DNA of 64,000 bases, from contig CP154954.1 of NCBI GenBank assembly GCA_039621445.1, forward strand, positions 32,775,455 through 32,839,454. Reading direction: 5' to 3'. This document shows, piece after piece, positions 11,701-22,649 of the stretch. Positions within the stretch are counted from its first letter, which is position 1. Every line of letters begins with the position of its first letter. The notes under the pieces are model-generated. The model had not been told where the DNA came from and did not search any database. It worked only from the letters and a program-made list of their open reading frames with translations. The DNA comes from Euglena gracilis (taxonomy: Eukaryota). The position numbers and the translations under genes are program-made.

Positions 11701-14700
11701 AAACCTGCCAACTAATCAAAGATGGCATCCAACCACCCTGGGACAGAAACCCAAAAATTGTCCACCCATCCAATATTCAGGGCAAACCTAAACCTGACCC
11801 AAGCAGAAAAAATCCTGTTGGATTACGAAAAATCTGGGGCCATAAAGAGGGTTCAAGATACAGGAACCCAACATCTAATTCTCTGATTTATAATATCAAA
11901 ACCAGAGGGGGGGGACAAAGTAGAGGTTCATAAGCGACTGCAGGGAATTGAATCAGCAGTTCCAAGTAAACCTTTCAAGCTGGATCACATCCAGCACATC
12001 CTTCCAATTCTGGAAAAAGGCCAGTGGGCAGACAAAAAAAATATAAAGGATGCCTATTTTCACATACCAGTGAGCCAGGCCAGGCCCTAAGGCTATTTCT
12101 GAGGCATCAGGGTGAAAAACATGGGAGTTCCAAGCAGGCTGCTTTGCCCTGAACATAATACCCCAAATCTTCATGGGGGTCATGAAAACTTTCGAAAAGT
12201 TGTGGAGAAAAAGGGGCATCCAGGTATTCATTTACCTGGACGACATTTTGGTAGTGGCCTCCACCAGAAACCCCTGCAAACTCACCTGGACACAGTGGTC
12301 AGACATTTATGAAAATTAGGGTTCAAAATCAATGTAAAAAAGTCGACCCTGGAACCCACACAAACTGTGCACCACCTGGGGTTTCAACTAACCTTCTAAG
12401 ACGGAAAGTTACAAGTGCTCCCCCAAAAGGTCAACACCACAAAAAGGAACTGGGCATAATTGTAATAAAGGACTTCAAGTCAAAAAGGCAGCTGGCTGTC
12501 ATTTTGGGACAAATCAGGTCCAACCTAATGGGCCTGCCATATCTCAGGGCTTTTACGGAGGCCCTGGCCAATTTTCTGGCAAAACACTACACAGCCCCAT
12601 GGGACTCCAAAAATCACATTTCAACAGAAATAAAAACCCAAATAAAGGAAATCAAAATTCTACTGGACACGTGGGAGGGAAGACCCTTCCCCCACCAGAG
12701 AGTTGCACTCAGACAGCAGCACCCATGCATGGGGGGATTAGACATCCGTACACGAAACATTGTGCGTAACTTTGGACGGAAAAGTCCACACTGCACAAAA
12801 ATGTCAGAGAACTAAGTGCAGCAATAAGCACAGCAAAAAGCCTAAGCAAGCTAGGAGAAACAGTTCTACTTTCAGTAGACAATCAGGTAATTTATTATTT
12901 CCGGACAAAAGGGGGTGGCAAAAAAAGATCCCTTCAACACAATGCTAAGAACATTTTTCAAATGGTGCATGGAGCACAAAAAAAATTGCAAGTCAAGTGG
13001 ATGCCTTGAAAGGAATGTTTTTCAGACGCCATAAGCAGATGGGAAATGTACAGGGGGGATTACTCACTGGACGCCCAACTTTTTCAATGGCTCAACCAGC
13101 AATTCAAAACAGTTTTATTTGCCTCCCCAGGCAACAAAAAACGGCCCAATTTTATGGCCAGTTGGCCCCACTGGGAGGCATCAGCAGTGGATGCACTACA
13201 ATGTCCCCTGGACAATCTGGGGGACCTTTTGCAAACCCCCCCTGGTCAATATTTCAGAAACTCCTCCGCAGATTGAAAACTTTTTCACAGACAAAAGTTT
13301 TGATGGTAACCCCCTCCTGGCATTCAGCCACCTGGTGGCACCAGTTAGTAAAAATGAAAGTGCCAGGGACCCCGTGCCTGAAAATCACCCCCTACAAGGG
13401 TATGTTCACCAACTGCAGGGGGGAAAAAATGCCACCCCCCAGGTGGCCCCTTCTTTGCACGATTCTGCTCAGGCAATTTTTGGAAAGGAAACAAATACAA
13501 AATAGGACCATTAACGATTTCCCAGTAAGAAACCCCAGTATAAGGCGTTATCAACACTCCTTTACGCTTCTATGGCTGATTCTGGAGACAATGGAGGTAC
13601 CCCCCCCTGCAGCCACCATTTCAATTTTTAAGGGCACAGGCCCGTAATGCATACAGTGCTATGCTTTGAAGCCCTGGCTTTGGTGGCCTGAAGTTCCATG
13701 GCATGCTAGCCCCTTACAAAAGGATTTGGAATCAAAATCTGCAGAAGTATGGTGCTTTTAGGGATCCCCTCCCAATCCTCCTGGGGCTGGCAGAGTCCCC
13801 CCTGCCCACTGATATTTGTACATTACGTACACAATTCATTATTTGCTCAGAATTCTCTGTTTATACAGAATTTCTGATTTGGCACAGGTCCAACGAACCA
13901 CCAGTATGTTGGTTGGGGCTCCCTACATCAAAATTTAGCGTAAACGCCAAAAGTTCCAGAAGTGGGAGAGAGTTGTTGCAATTTCTCAATGTCCCCATAT
14001 AATGCCCTTTCAGTTGATAATGTCCTACGTGGCAGCAACACGTTTCTTTGTGAAACCTGGGGCCCCCTTTAATTTCGTTAAAACCCCCTATAAAGCCATA
14101 ACTGCTGACAGAATTGCTTCCATCACAAAAACATTTTCAGCCCAATATAGGGTTACCACCCAGGTTTGGGGACCCCACTCCACCAGAGGGGCATGGGTTG
14201 GTTTGCTCAAAAAATTGGGCCTTTCTGCCCAAGAAGTTTGTGAAATTGGTCAGTGGAAGCGGGTGGAGGCTTTTACAGCCCATTATCAAAGACTTGGTGC
14301 CCAAGGTGCTTTGGAGAATGCCCTGGCCCCCGTTATTCAGTGCACAATCTGGCCTCACAATGGCAAAGTACGGAGCCCGAGGGGTCTCGTACTCCCTTAA
14401 GGCAAGCCGACCAGGGAAGAAGGGACACCGAGGGCGGAGCACAAAGACATTGTGAGCCCGACCCCCCCCCCAAACCCATGTCAGGAAATTTGTCTTCAAA
14501 CGCTCGGTCAGAAGATGGGGGCCAGAGGAGGAAGAGGGGGGGGGGGCCGCCCCGAAGGGGCAGAAGCAACGTCGTCACATCGGAGAAGCATTAGCAGCCA
14601 ACTCCGGCGAGGCGGCACTAAGCAGGACCTTCTAACCCAGCACACCAAAACATTCACAACAAACCGCCGGCGAGCAAGGCATGGCCTCACAATGTCTTTG

Positions 14701-17700
14701 TGCTACGCCCTCGGTGTCCCATCCTCCCTGGTCAGCTTGCCTCGAGGGAGTACGAGTTTGCGGGCTCGTTTTCCCCCTGGAGGGGGGGGGGGGGCGGGGG
14801 GGGGAGCGTTTTTTGGGTTGGGTTGGGTGGGCTCACCCCCCTCCTGTGCTTCGCCATCACGGTCCGTTCCTCCCAGGTCATCCTTCCTGAGAGTTCCAGA
14901 CCATTCGGGATGCGCGCACTCTGGGGGTGAGGTGTAGTGCACGCCCCCTGCTGTATTGAACAGGCACCTTGGGCTCCGCACTTCCCCCAAGTGAGTTCAT
15001 GCGTTGTTTGCCGGCTGTTTGAATGTGAATGTTTTTGGGTAGGTTAGGCCTTTCCCCTTTAGTTCCATATTTTGCCGGAGTGGCTGTTATTAATCGCCCC
15101 ATGGCAGAAGTGCTGGTGCAGTTTATCTCGGCGGCAGACCGTGGGGAGATACAATCACTGTACGATGGTATTTTCTTATCAAAGGGAGCAGCCGTTGCCC
15201 TTTTGGGCGAAAAGGCAGTGTCACAAGCTTCGTGGCGAAGGCTCTTGTGGTCCTCTTCCCACTTCACGGCGCCAGGTCTTACAGAGCTTGAAGGCCACCG
15301 AGGCCAGCTTGTCGGACTGCTCAAACGACGACCCCATCTCGACCTTGAACGCGTGGGCGGGCGGGAAGAGCCACGCTTTGTTGTAGAGTTTGGTCGATGC
15401 CGCCACCATGGCTTCTCCGCTCAGTTGTTCCACCGCCACCGCGGGCCGTGTCGTAGTCCATTAGGGGATGTTGAAGTTCCCCGCCGAAGCTGGAGAACCT
15501 GGAGGTGCTGAGATGACGTTGGACGCGACCGGCCGCGCGGCCAAACGAGGACGAGGCGGAAGAAGAGGAAGAGGAATCCCTGGAGAGGGAAAAGGCCCGC
15601 CAGAGCCTGCCGGCAGACCCAGAGAAGGTCTTGCTCCGTCAACAGGCGGGCTCCTTGAGTTTGGGATTCCGTTCCCTTTTAGAAGGGCTGCCCAAAATCG
15701 AGGGGCTGAAAGAGCGACCAGAGGTGAACAACCACAGGCAAGATGCAAGCTCCAAGGTGGACAAGCTGCTACGGAGCAGCCAACAAAGAATTGTGAATTT
15801 GCTGAGAATGTATGCATTGATCCATGAAGGGGCACAAGCTGACAAGTTGGTGATGAGCCAGCAGTTCTTCTACTTGTTGTTGGAACTGGAGAGGTCGTTG
15901 GTGGAAGAACGCAAGAAGGCAAGCCTCCCGCATTCAGTGGAACAGAAGGTGCAAAAGCTGTTCAGTGGACGTCTCAGAATATTCTTTTGTTTTTCTTGAA
16001 ATCCTCGGATTCCCAATTTTATTGATATCCCAAATGTCCCAAAGACGTAAACACTCAATGTGAAAACATAACACCAGAGCCAGCAGTCTGCGGAGGAAAA
16101 GTTAGAATTAGGAATCCAAAAGTCAGTTCGGCAGTTGGTAAGGTAAGCGGTCAGAAAATAATTCGTACACGCCCCCCATGCCGGAGGACGCGGCGCCACA
16201 GGCACAGGACGAAACGGCATCACACCACAAAACAAAATGGCTTTACTGTTTTTCAAGCACTGATGAATGGTGATCAACACGAATTGTCCACAAAAAGGTT
16301 CAGAACGACAAATGTCAACACAAATGAAGGTAAAAGACGTTACTTCCGATGTTCACCGTGGTCCCTTCGCTATGTGGCTGGCTTGCCATTCAAAGGTAAC
16401 ACAAACCTGGGCGAAACTCCTCGCATCAATGGCAGGTTTGTGACTGAAAGCCTTCAAAGGTTAGACAACTATCCACCCATGGCGAGGCAGGTTGGTGTCT
16501 CCTGACCCGAAAAACCATCCAAAAGGCCCCCTGGCGTTACCTGGGATCAAGCCTACCGGCTACGGCAGAACCTTTTGTCCTTAAGGGACTCCAGGAGAGC
16601 CAATCTTCTGTCGCCACCTCTTCTCCCCGGCCCGCTACAGCGGCACCCACAGGCGCGACTGCGCAAGCAGATACTGTGCCTACCGCTATAGCGGAACAGC
16701 CAGCAGCCCCTGCCGCTTCACTAGAAACGGTGGACGGCAGTGAAGAGAGCGATGGAGAGAGCAGAGAATACCGGATGGAAGGCCTGGAGGAAATATGTGC
16801 TGATGGACCTCACCATCTAGCTGTTCCACCAGCTCCAATGGGCTCCAGAACACCCCTTCCTCCCGAAGGAGATGTAAGCTCAGAGGCTGAATCCCCACCG
16901 TCTGAGGCCGAACGGCCAGCGGTACCTCTGGTACTACCCCTCTCCTTACCTGCAGTGCCAACGACACAAATACCGACAGAGCCTGTCGGATCACCGACAA
17001 TACCTGCAGGTGTTTTAGGTGGTGTGTTACGGGGTCTGACCGCGGCAATGTCCGCAGTATCAGCAGTGCTGACCCCTCGCGGCTCACCTGCCGCCTCACC
17101 ACCAGAAACCCAACGGGTTCCTGCTGCTGATAGCAGCTCAACAGAACAGCCGTACAGGCTGCGGTCACAACTTCAACGGAGTTGGATGTCCCAGCAGCTA
17201 AACCAGCGGTAAAATTACCACCAACGGCGGAAATGCAACCATCTCCTTCCAAACCGGCAGTTTCGGCACCGCCAACGGCGGAAAGACCATTGCCTCCGGC
17301 ACACCCTAGGGAAGAACGCAATTTGATAGATAACCAAACGATCCATAGCCAGGGTACAACGGGTGATACACCCATCGGTACACTTGGTGATTTTTCACAT
17401 TTGACAACTACACATAGCAGTTTTTCGCGATTCGCGTAGGTGAATCAAGCACGGTGTAAAGGCATAGCCTCCCTCTTCGGATTTGCGCATAGCGCTCCCC
17501 ATGCGCCAATGGCGCTCTCCACACCCCCCGCGCATATCGCGCTTCACGCACATGGTGCGAGTCGCGCGCCATTGCGCATCACCGATGATTGGGAATATGC
17601 CCAACCCACCCATGCCCAGCCTGGATCGAGTCCTATGGACATGTGTGTGAATGACTCACAATTCCGTCGTTCTGTTTTACAGCATGTTCTCTCCCTTCAG

Positions 17701-17749
17701 GATGTTGAGCAGGTCTCCAAAAACGTCAAGGACACTTGGAATTCTTTTC

Positions 17750-18050
17750 AGTTTGGTCAGTATCGAAGTTTGAACCATTGGTTTTCGAAAAACGCCGATA
17801 TCGCGTATTCCTTTGATTTGACCTTAGAAATCGATGCATTTTCATCCAACGTGCATTGGGCGATTACCGCGACATTGGTCGCAACATTCTAAGGCTTTTG
17901 ATAAGTTCTGGGGAGACACCATCCAATAGATGCACCCCCCCCTGAAACTTATCCCGCTTGTTGTAGATAAGGTTTTCCAGGATCAAGCGCGAGGCGCATT
18001 ACTTGTGCCTGTGAATCCCGAAGCGGAATGGTTTCAAAATTTGACTTGTG
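17750..18050 (+). pseudogene. Dam-like (DIRS/phage-type) N6-adenine methyltransferase domain inside the Gypsy element
   Basis: With one frameshift and one TAG (probably an ancestral TGG): QYRSLNHWF...LEIDAFSSNVH-RLPRHWSQHSKAFDKFWGDTIQ(W)MHPPLKLIPLVVDKVFQDQARGALLVPVNPEAEWF. This is collinear with the DIRS MT motifs DLFAS..N / A....W / NPPW..I..L / LV.P.W...WW. Confidence 0.7.
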
Positions 18051-18222
18051 TACAAAATTCTTGGAATGGTGGTAACACTACTCCACGTATATTCTCGAAT
18101 AGAGGAACATCGTTTGGCAGGTCAGACCAGTAAAAGGTGACTTAGCATCAGCCGCGAATTTTCTGGTGTTTTGGAGAATGCTGTTTACGTCTGTGATATA
18201 GACCCCGCTTTTCGCAGACCTT

Positions 18223-19590
18223 TTGGTGTTTCTGAAAACTGAGCTTAAAGAAGGCGCAAAACCAATGCATCGGAAATTTTTGCGTTGTTCAGGAGAAAGA
18301 GAGATAGCTCTCAATGAAATGATTGAAACGCTCATAGAGCAGAAGTGGATCATCCCTTCAAAGAGTGAATGGACCGCCCAGGCTTTTGACGTTCCTAAAC
18401 GCCCAGACCCATTAGGTCAGAAAAAGAGGAGGCTGGTACGGGATTATCGGTACTTAAATTCGCAAACTAAGGGTGACCCATTTGCGTTACCTCTCATTAA
18501 GAACCTCATCAAAAAACAAGCGGATAACCGCTTGTGGTCAATTTTCGACCTGGAGGATGGTTTACACCAAATGCGTCTGGATCCCGATTCACAAGCTTTT
18601 ACCGCTTTTGTAACATCCAAAGGTCTTTACCAGTGGACGGTTTTACCAACGGGTGTGAAGAATGGCCCAGCAATGTTTCAGCCCATGATCCAATGGGTCT
18701 TACGGGATTCGCCGTTTGCGCCTGTATACATCGATGATGTTTTGGTTGGTACCCCCCTCCTTCAGCGAATACGCACGAGAATACTCTCGATACTGACTAT
18801 AGTGACGTTCGCGAGGTATTAACCGCATTTCTCAAACAATAAATTTCCTTGTTAAAGGTGCCAAAATGCACTTATTTCGCGAAACGATAAATTTTTGCGG
18901 TCACATTCTTAATAATGGCCTAGTAAACTAGAGGCCATTAAGAAACGGACACCTGAGATCATCAAGACCATCTCCCATTTGAAGGTATTTTTGGGATTAG
19001 CCCAATACTACGCGATTTACATGAAAGATTTCGCGCCAATCGCGGTACCTCTGACGAGGCAGCTCAGAAAACGTGCACCCGAAAACACAAAAATTAAAAT
19101 GGGACGCAGATATGCGAGAAGCTCTGGAGAGCATTAACAAGCTAACGCTTGAAAATGTCGTACTCGACATCGCGGATCCCTACAAGCCTTATGTGCTACA
19201 AGTCGATAGCAGCGATTATGCTGGGGGCGGTGTTTTAAGCCAGCATAATGCTGCTAACGAATTACGCCCTGTAGCATTTTTTCTGTCGGAAGCTACAAGG
19301 TGAAGATGGCCAAACGCAAGTCAAATGGAGTATCCGTGAAAAGGAAACGTACGCAATCGTACTGATTTTGCAAAATTCTGTAGTTGGGTCGCCAGTTCCT
19401 TGGTGAAAAAAAAGGGTTGACGGACCATGAGAGTCTTCAACACTGGTACACCGAGGACCTGAACAAAGCTATGTCTTCTGTAGGCCGAAGACGCCGATGG
19501 CATGAATTTTTGAGCCAGTTCAACCTAGTGGTTGTACATACTCCCGGTCATACGCAAAAAGTAGCAGACCCGCTCAGCCGAGCACCCTGG
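18223..19590 (+). pseudogene. Gypsy RT and RNase H
   Basis: RLVRDYRYLN, DLEDGLHQM, TAFVT..GLYQW.VLP.GVKNGP, VYIDDVLV; VLQVDSSDY..GGVLSQ, REKETYAI, TDHESL, VADPLSR. Confidence 0.92.
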
Positions 19591-19917
19591 CATTACACAG
19601 GCAACCCGGACGAAGGTGATGCCACTTTTCATGGAACCCAAAAGGCTGATGAAGTTGCACGTCGATATGACGCAGCCGACGATATGTTGGATTCTTTTCC
19701 CGTTTCATCGATTTTTCGTTCTTTGCCAGTCTCTCCTATACGGGGGAGAAGGCGGCGAGGCCGTACACCTGGTCCCTGTCGCATTATTGGATCTGTATCT
19801 CCTCCCCACCTCTTCTTCCGCGAATGGGATTGCTCCCAAGATCCTGTATATAGCACGATAGTGCATAGACTGCGCAATGGCGAAGTTGGACATAATTATT
19901 GACTCTTCCCTTTACGG

Positions 19918-22603
19918 TTGGTTTACCACGATGATGCGGGATACAAATATTATGTACCCCGTGACTTGGTTGATGAAGTACTTTTGTGTTATCACAACCA
20001 AGGTCACCCTGTGGCCCCCAAACTTCTTTTTCTTGGTGGGTCGTACGCATTGTACACCCCTGAAAGACCAAGAACTGCAATCGTGCTGCTTGCAAATTTC
20101 GGAACGGTGCCAAATTTGTCAAGCGGTCAAACTGCACAGAGGTACCCCCCGTGGTACGCTTGACTTTTTCCCCGTACCCCCTGACATTTTTACGTCCCTC
20201 TGCACGGATTTTCTTGAATTAGAACCTTGCAAAGGATCAGACGGCAAAATTTAAGGTTATGTTGTCGTCTGCGGGCTGAGTCGGTACATTGTAGCCGTTC
20301 CATGCCAAAAGACAGGGTTGACGGCGCAAATTTTAGCGCAGATATTTTTGGAGAAGTGTATTTGGCTAATGGGCTTACCGTGTAGGTTCGTGCAGATCCT
20401 AATTTCACCTGCTGTCTAACTTTGCAGGTGGCAAGGGTTATGTACTGTTTGCGTGCAGTATGATTACTGTTTTTATTTTATATTGCCAGTGGTCTGGGAA
20501 GGTTGGAAGGCAGAAAAGATTAAGTTTTTGACAAGTTCAGATATCACTGAAAAAGTCCAGATTGGAGATTGCAATGCCAAGGAAAAGGCCATGTGGGCCA
20601 GGGCCCCCGCCCTCACAAACAGTACAACTCCCGTACAAACAGACATGTCAAGATTGCCAACAAGGGGGCCAATGGCCTGAGAAGAGCAATTGGAATCCGG
20701 CCAGCAAACCTCAGAAGTCAAGTTTGAAAGGAGAGAAAATGTCAAAGGATGTGTCTGACATGGCCATGCCTGTGGCATCACAATCTCCAAGGTCGGACGA
20801 ATCATCTGGGATTACCACTGTGGACAGGGAAGTTCAGACAGACGGAGTCAAGCCCAAGCCCAGAACACTCCAGAGACGGAGGAGGCGCAGCAGATTGCAG
20901 CCGCCAGCGCCAGCAGGAGTAAGATTTGACAGATTTGTGGGAAGATTTTACATGGCAGGCTGCTGCTGCTGTGGCTGTGGATGGCCGCGCAGTTCAATTA
21001 CTGGTGGTCGAATGTGGTCATCGCCGCGTACGGCTGTGGAAATGCCGCTGGCTGCTGCACCTCTGGTTGTGGGTTATCCGAGCGTTTACGCAGAAACCCT
21101 CCGCCGTGTGTGATTTGGCGTCGAGGTGGTGGTAATTGGACTGGGCTGTGGACAATCGCGTCGGTTCGCTTTGCATTTCCGCTTTGTAATTTTTTCCCCT
21201 CCGAAACAGAATTCTCTCCCGTTTTGTTTGTTTGTTGGCCATCTCCCTACCCTTTGGGGATTACTGTGGCAACCTGGTCGAAAACGGGGGGAGGACCAGT
21301 TTGCGACAGTTTTTCCAAAGGCTCTTGGGGGATGCCCTGGGCGGTTGGGGTACCTTTTCTGTCATTGAGGCATCAATGATGGCAAGGGCACCCCGACGGC
21401 ACCCGGGGGTTCCCAGCGAGCACTGGCCTACGGTGTTGTGTGACCTTGTCGTTGACAAGATCGTGAAGCAGGGGGGTGTAGGTTCGCGCAGATCCTAATT
21501 TCACCTGCTGCCTTACTTTGCAGGTGGAAAGGGTCATGTACTGTTTGCGTGGAGTATGATCACTGTTTTTATTTTATATTGCCAGTGGTCTGGGAAGGTT
21601 GGAAGGCAGAAAAGATCAAGTTTTTGACAAGTTCAGATATCACTGAAAAAGTCCAGATTGGAGATTGCAATGCCAAGGAAAAGGCCATGTGGGCCAGGGC
21701 CCCCGCCCTCTACCGAATGAGATTGTCAGTGATCAAGATCATTTGATATTCTCTCGATTCTTCACAACCCTCTGCGGTTTACTGGGAATCGAACAGCTTT
21801 TTTCCATTATATATCGCCCGAAGGGCAATTGCCGCGCGAGGCAGCAGTAAAAGCTGTTGTAAATATGCTCCGCCTTTCACTAGCTGACTCGCGCCAGGCC
21901 TGGGTCCAAGTTTTGCTATGGTCCCTGTTTTACATGAACACCGTACTTGGTTTGGTCTTCCCGCAATCCCCATATAAAACTGTTTTTGGGCGAGACCCAC
22001 CGGCGATTGGTGACCATCACAGAGACAAGCTGGAAGTAGCGTAACTTGTGAGACATGGTTCTCTGAAGTGAAGTCTCTCAGAGCTACTGCTCAGAAGCGC
22101 ATCACTGATATCCATTCTCATAAGAGAAATAAATTTTTGCAAGAATTCAAATAACCCGGCTATAGTGCTGGTAATCGCGTGTGGGCTCAAATTGTCGAAT
22201 CCTCATGGAAGCTTTCAAGCTAGACCCCGTCTGGTTCGGACCCCGTTAAAATCTGGAACGCTTTGGTAACAGTGGCAGCTATAAGGTGGCACTGCCCAAC
22301 GGGATCGAGGATGTTCACATGGATGATTTCAAGCCATACCTTACCCCGCCTAATGGCAAAGCACCACCGTGCCTTTATTTCAAGCCCCGTTCCAAGTCAC
22401 CCGAAACGGATTATTTTGTGGTAGACAACATCCTCGATCACAAAATTGATCGGGGAGTCCATTACTGGAAGGTCAGGTGGAAAGGCTATGGGCCAGAGGA
22501 GGCCACCTGGGAGCCAGCCTCCAGATTTTTCGGTTATGTCCAACAGGACTGGAAGCTGTGGAATAACAGAAACAACATAGACATTTCTGTGAATCATTTT
22601 TGA
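19918..22603 (+). pseudogene. Gypsy integrase + chromodomain (interrupted by the mini-LTR element)
   Basis: H-x3-H (HNQGH) and CQIC zinc finger, TDF, GLP|NEIVSDQD, RPKGNCRAE, FGP motif, chromodomain FVVDNILDHK...YWKVRWKGYGPEEATWEP. Confidence 0.9.
20381..21710 (+). mobile_element. Non-autonomous mini-LTR (TRIM-like) element, 1330 bp
   Basis: Near-identical ~234-bp direct repeats at 20381-20617 and 21477-21710; 5-bp TSD TACCG (20376-20380, 21711-21715); purine tract before the 3' LTR; excision restores integrase GLPNEIVSD. Confidence 0.92.
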
Positions 22604-22649
22604 TATCGAACTACAGGCCTCTTCCTCCCCTCTCTGTTTTTTTGCCAAC

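Larger units (their letters stand above)
5740..14756 (+). mobile_element. DIRS-type YR retrotransposon copy B (decayed), left ITR split by copy A
   Basis: Left ITR 5740-5786 continues at 10209. RT ~11900-12400 (KDAYFHIP; IYLDDILVV), RNase H ~12700-13040, MTase ~13050-13450 (LFASPGN..NPPW), YR ~13450-14400 (HSTRGA...GQW...HY). ICR ~14350-14457; right ITR plus extension ~14594-14756. Many frameshifts and stops. Confidence 0.9.

Noticed and set aside
15970-16170. Possible 5' LTR of the Gypsy element
   Set aside because: Only a ~12-nt similarity (ggaaa.gttaga) to 26087-26519; no alignable LTR pair, TSD or clear PBS.
17340-17700. Expected Gypsy aspartic protease
   Set aside because: No D(T/S)G motif in a suitable context was found in the frames examined, so it was not called.
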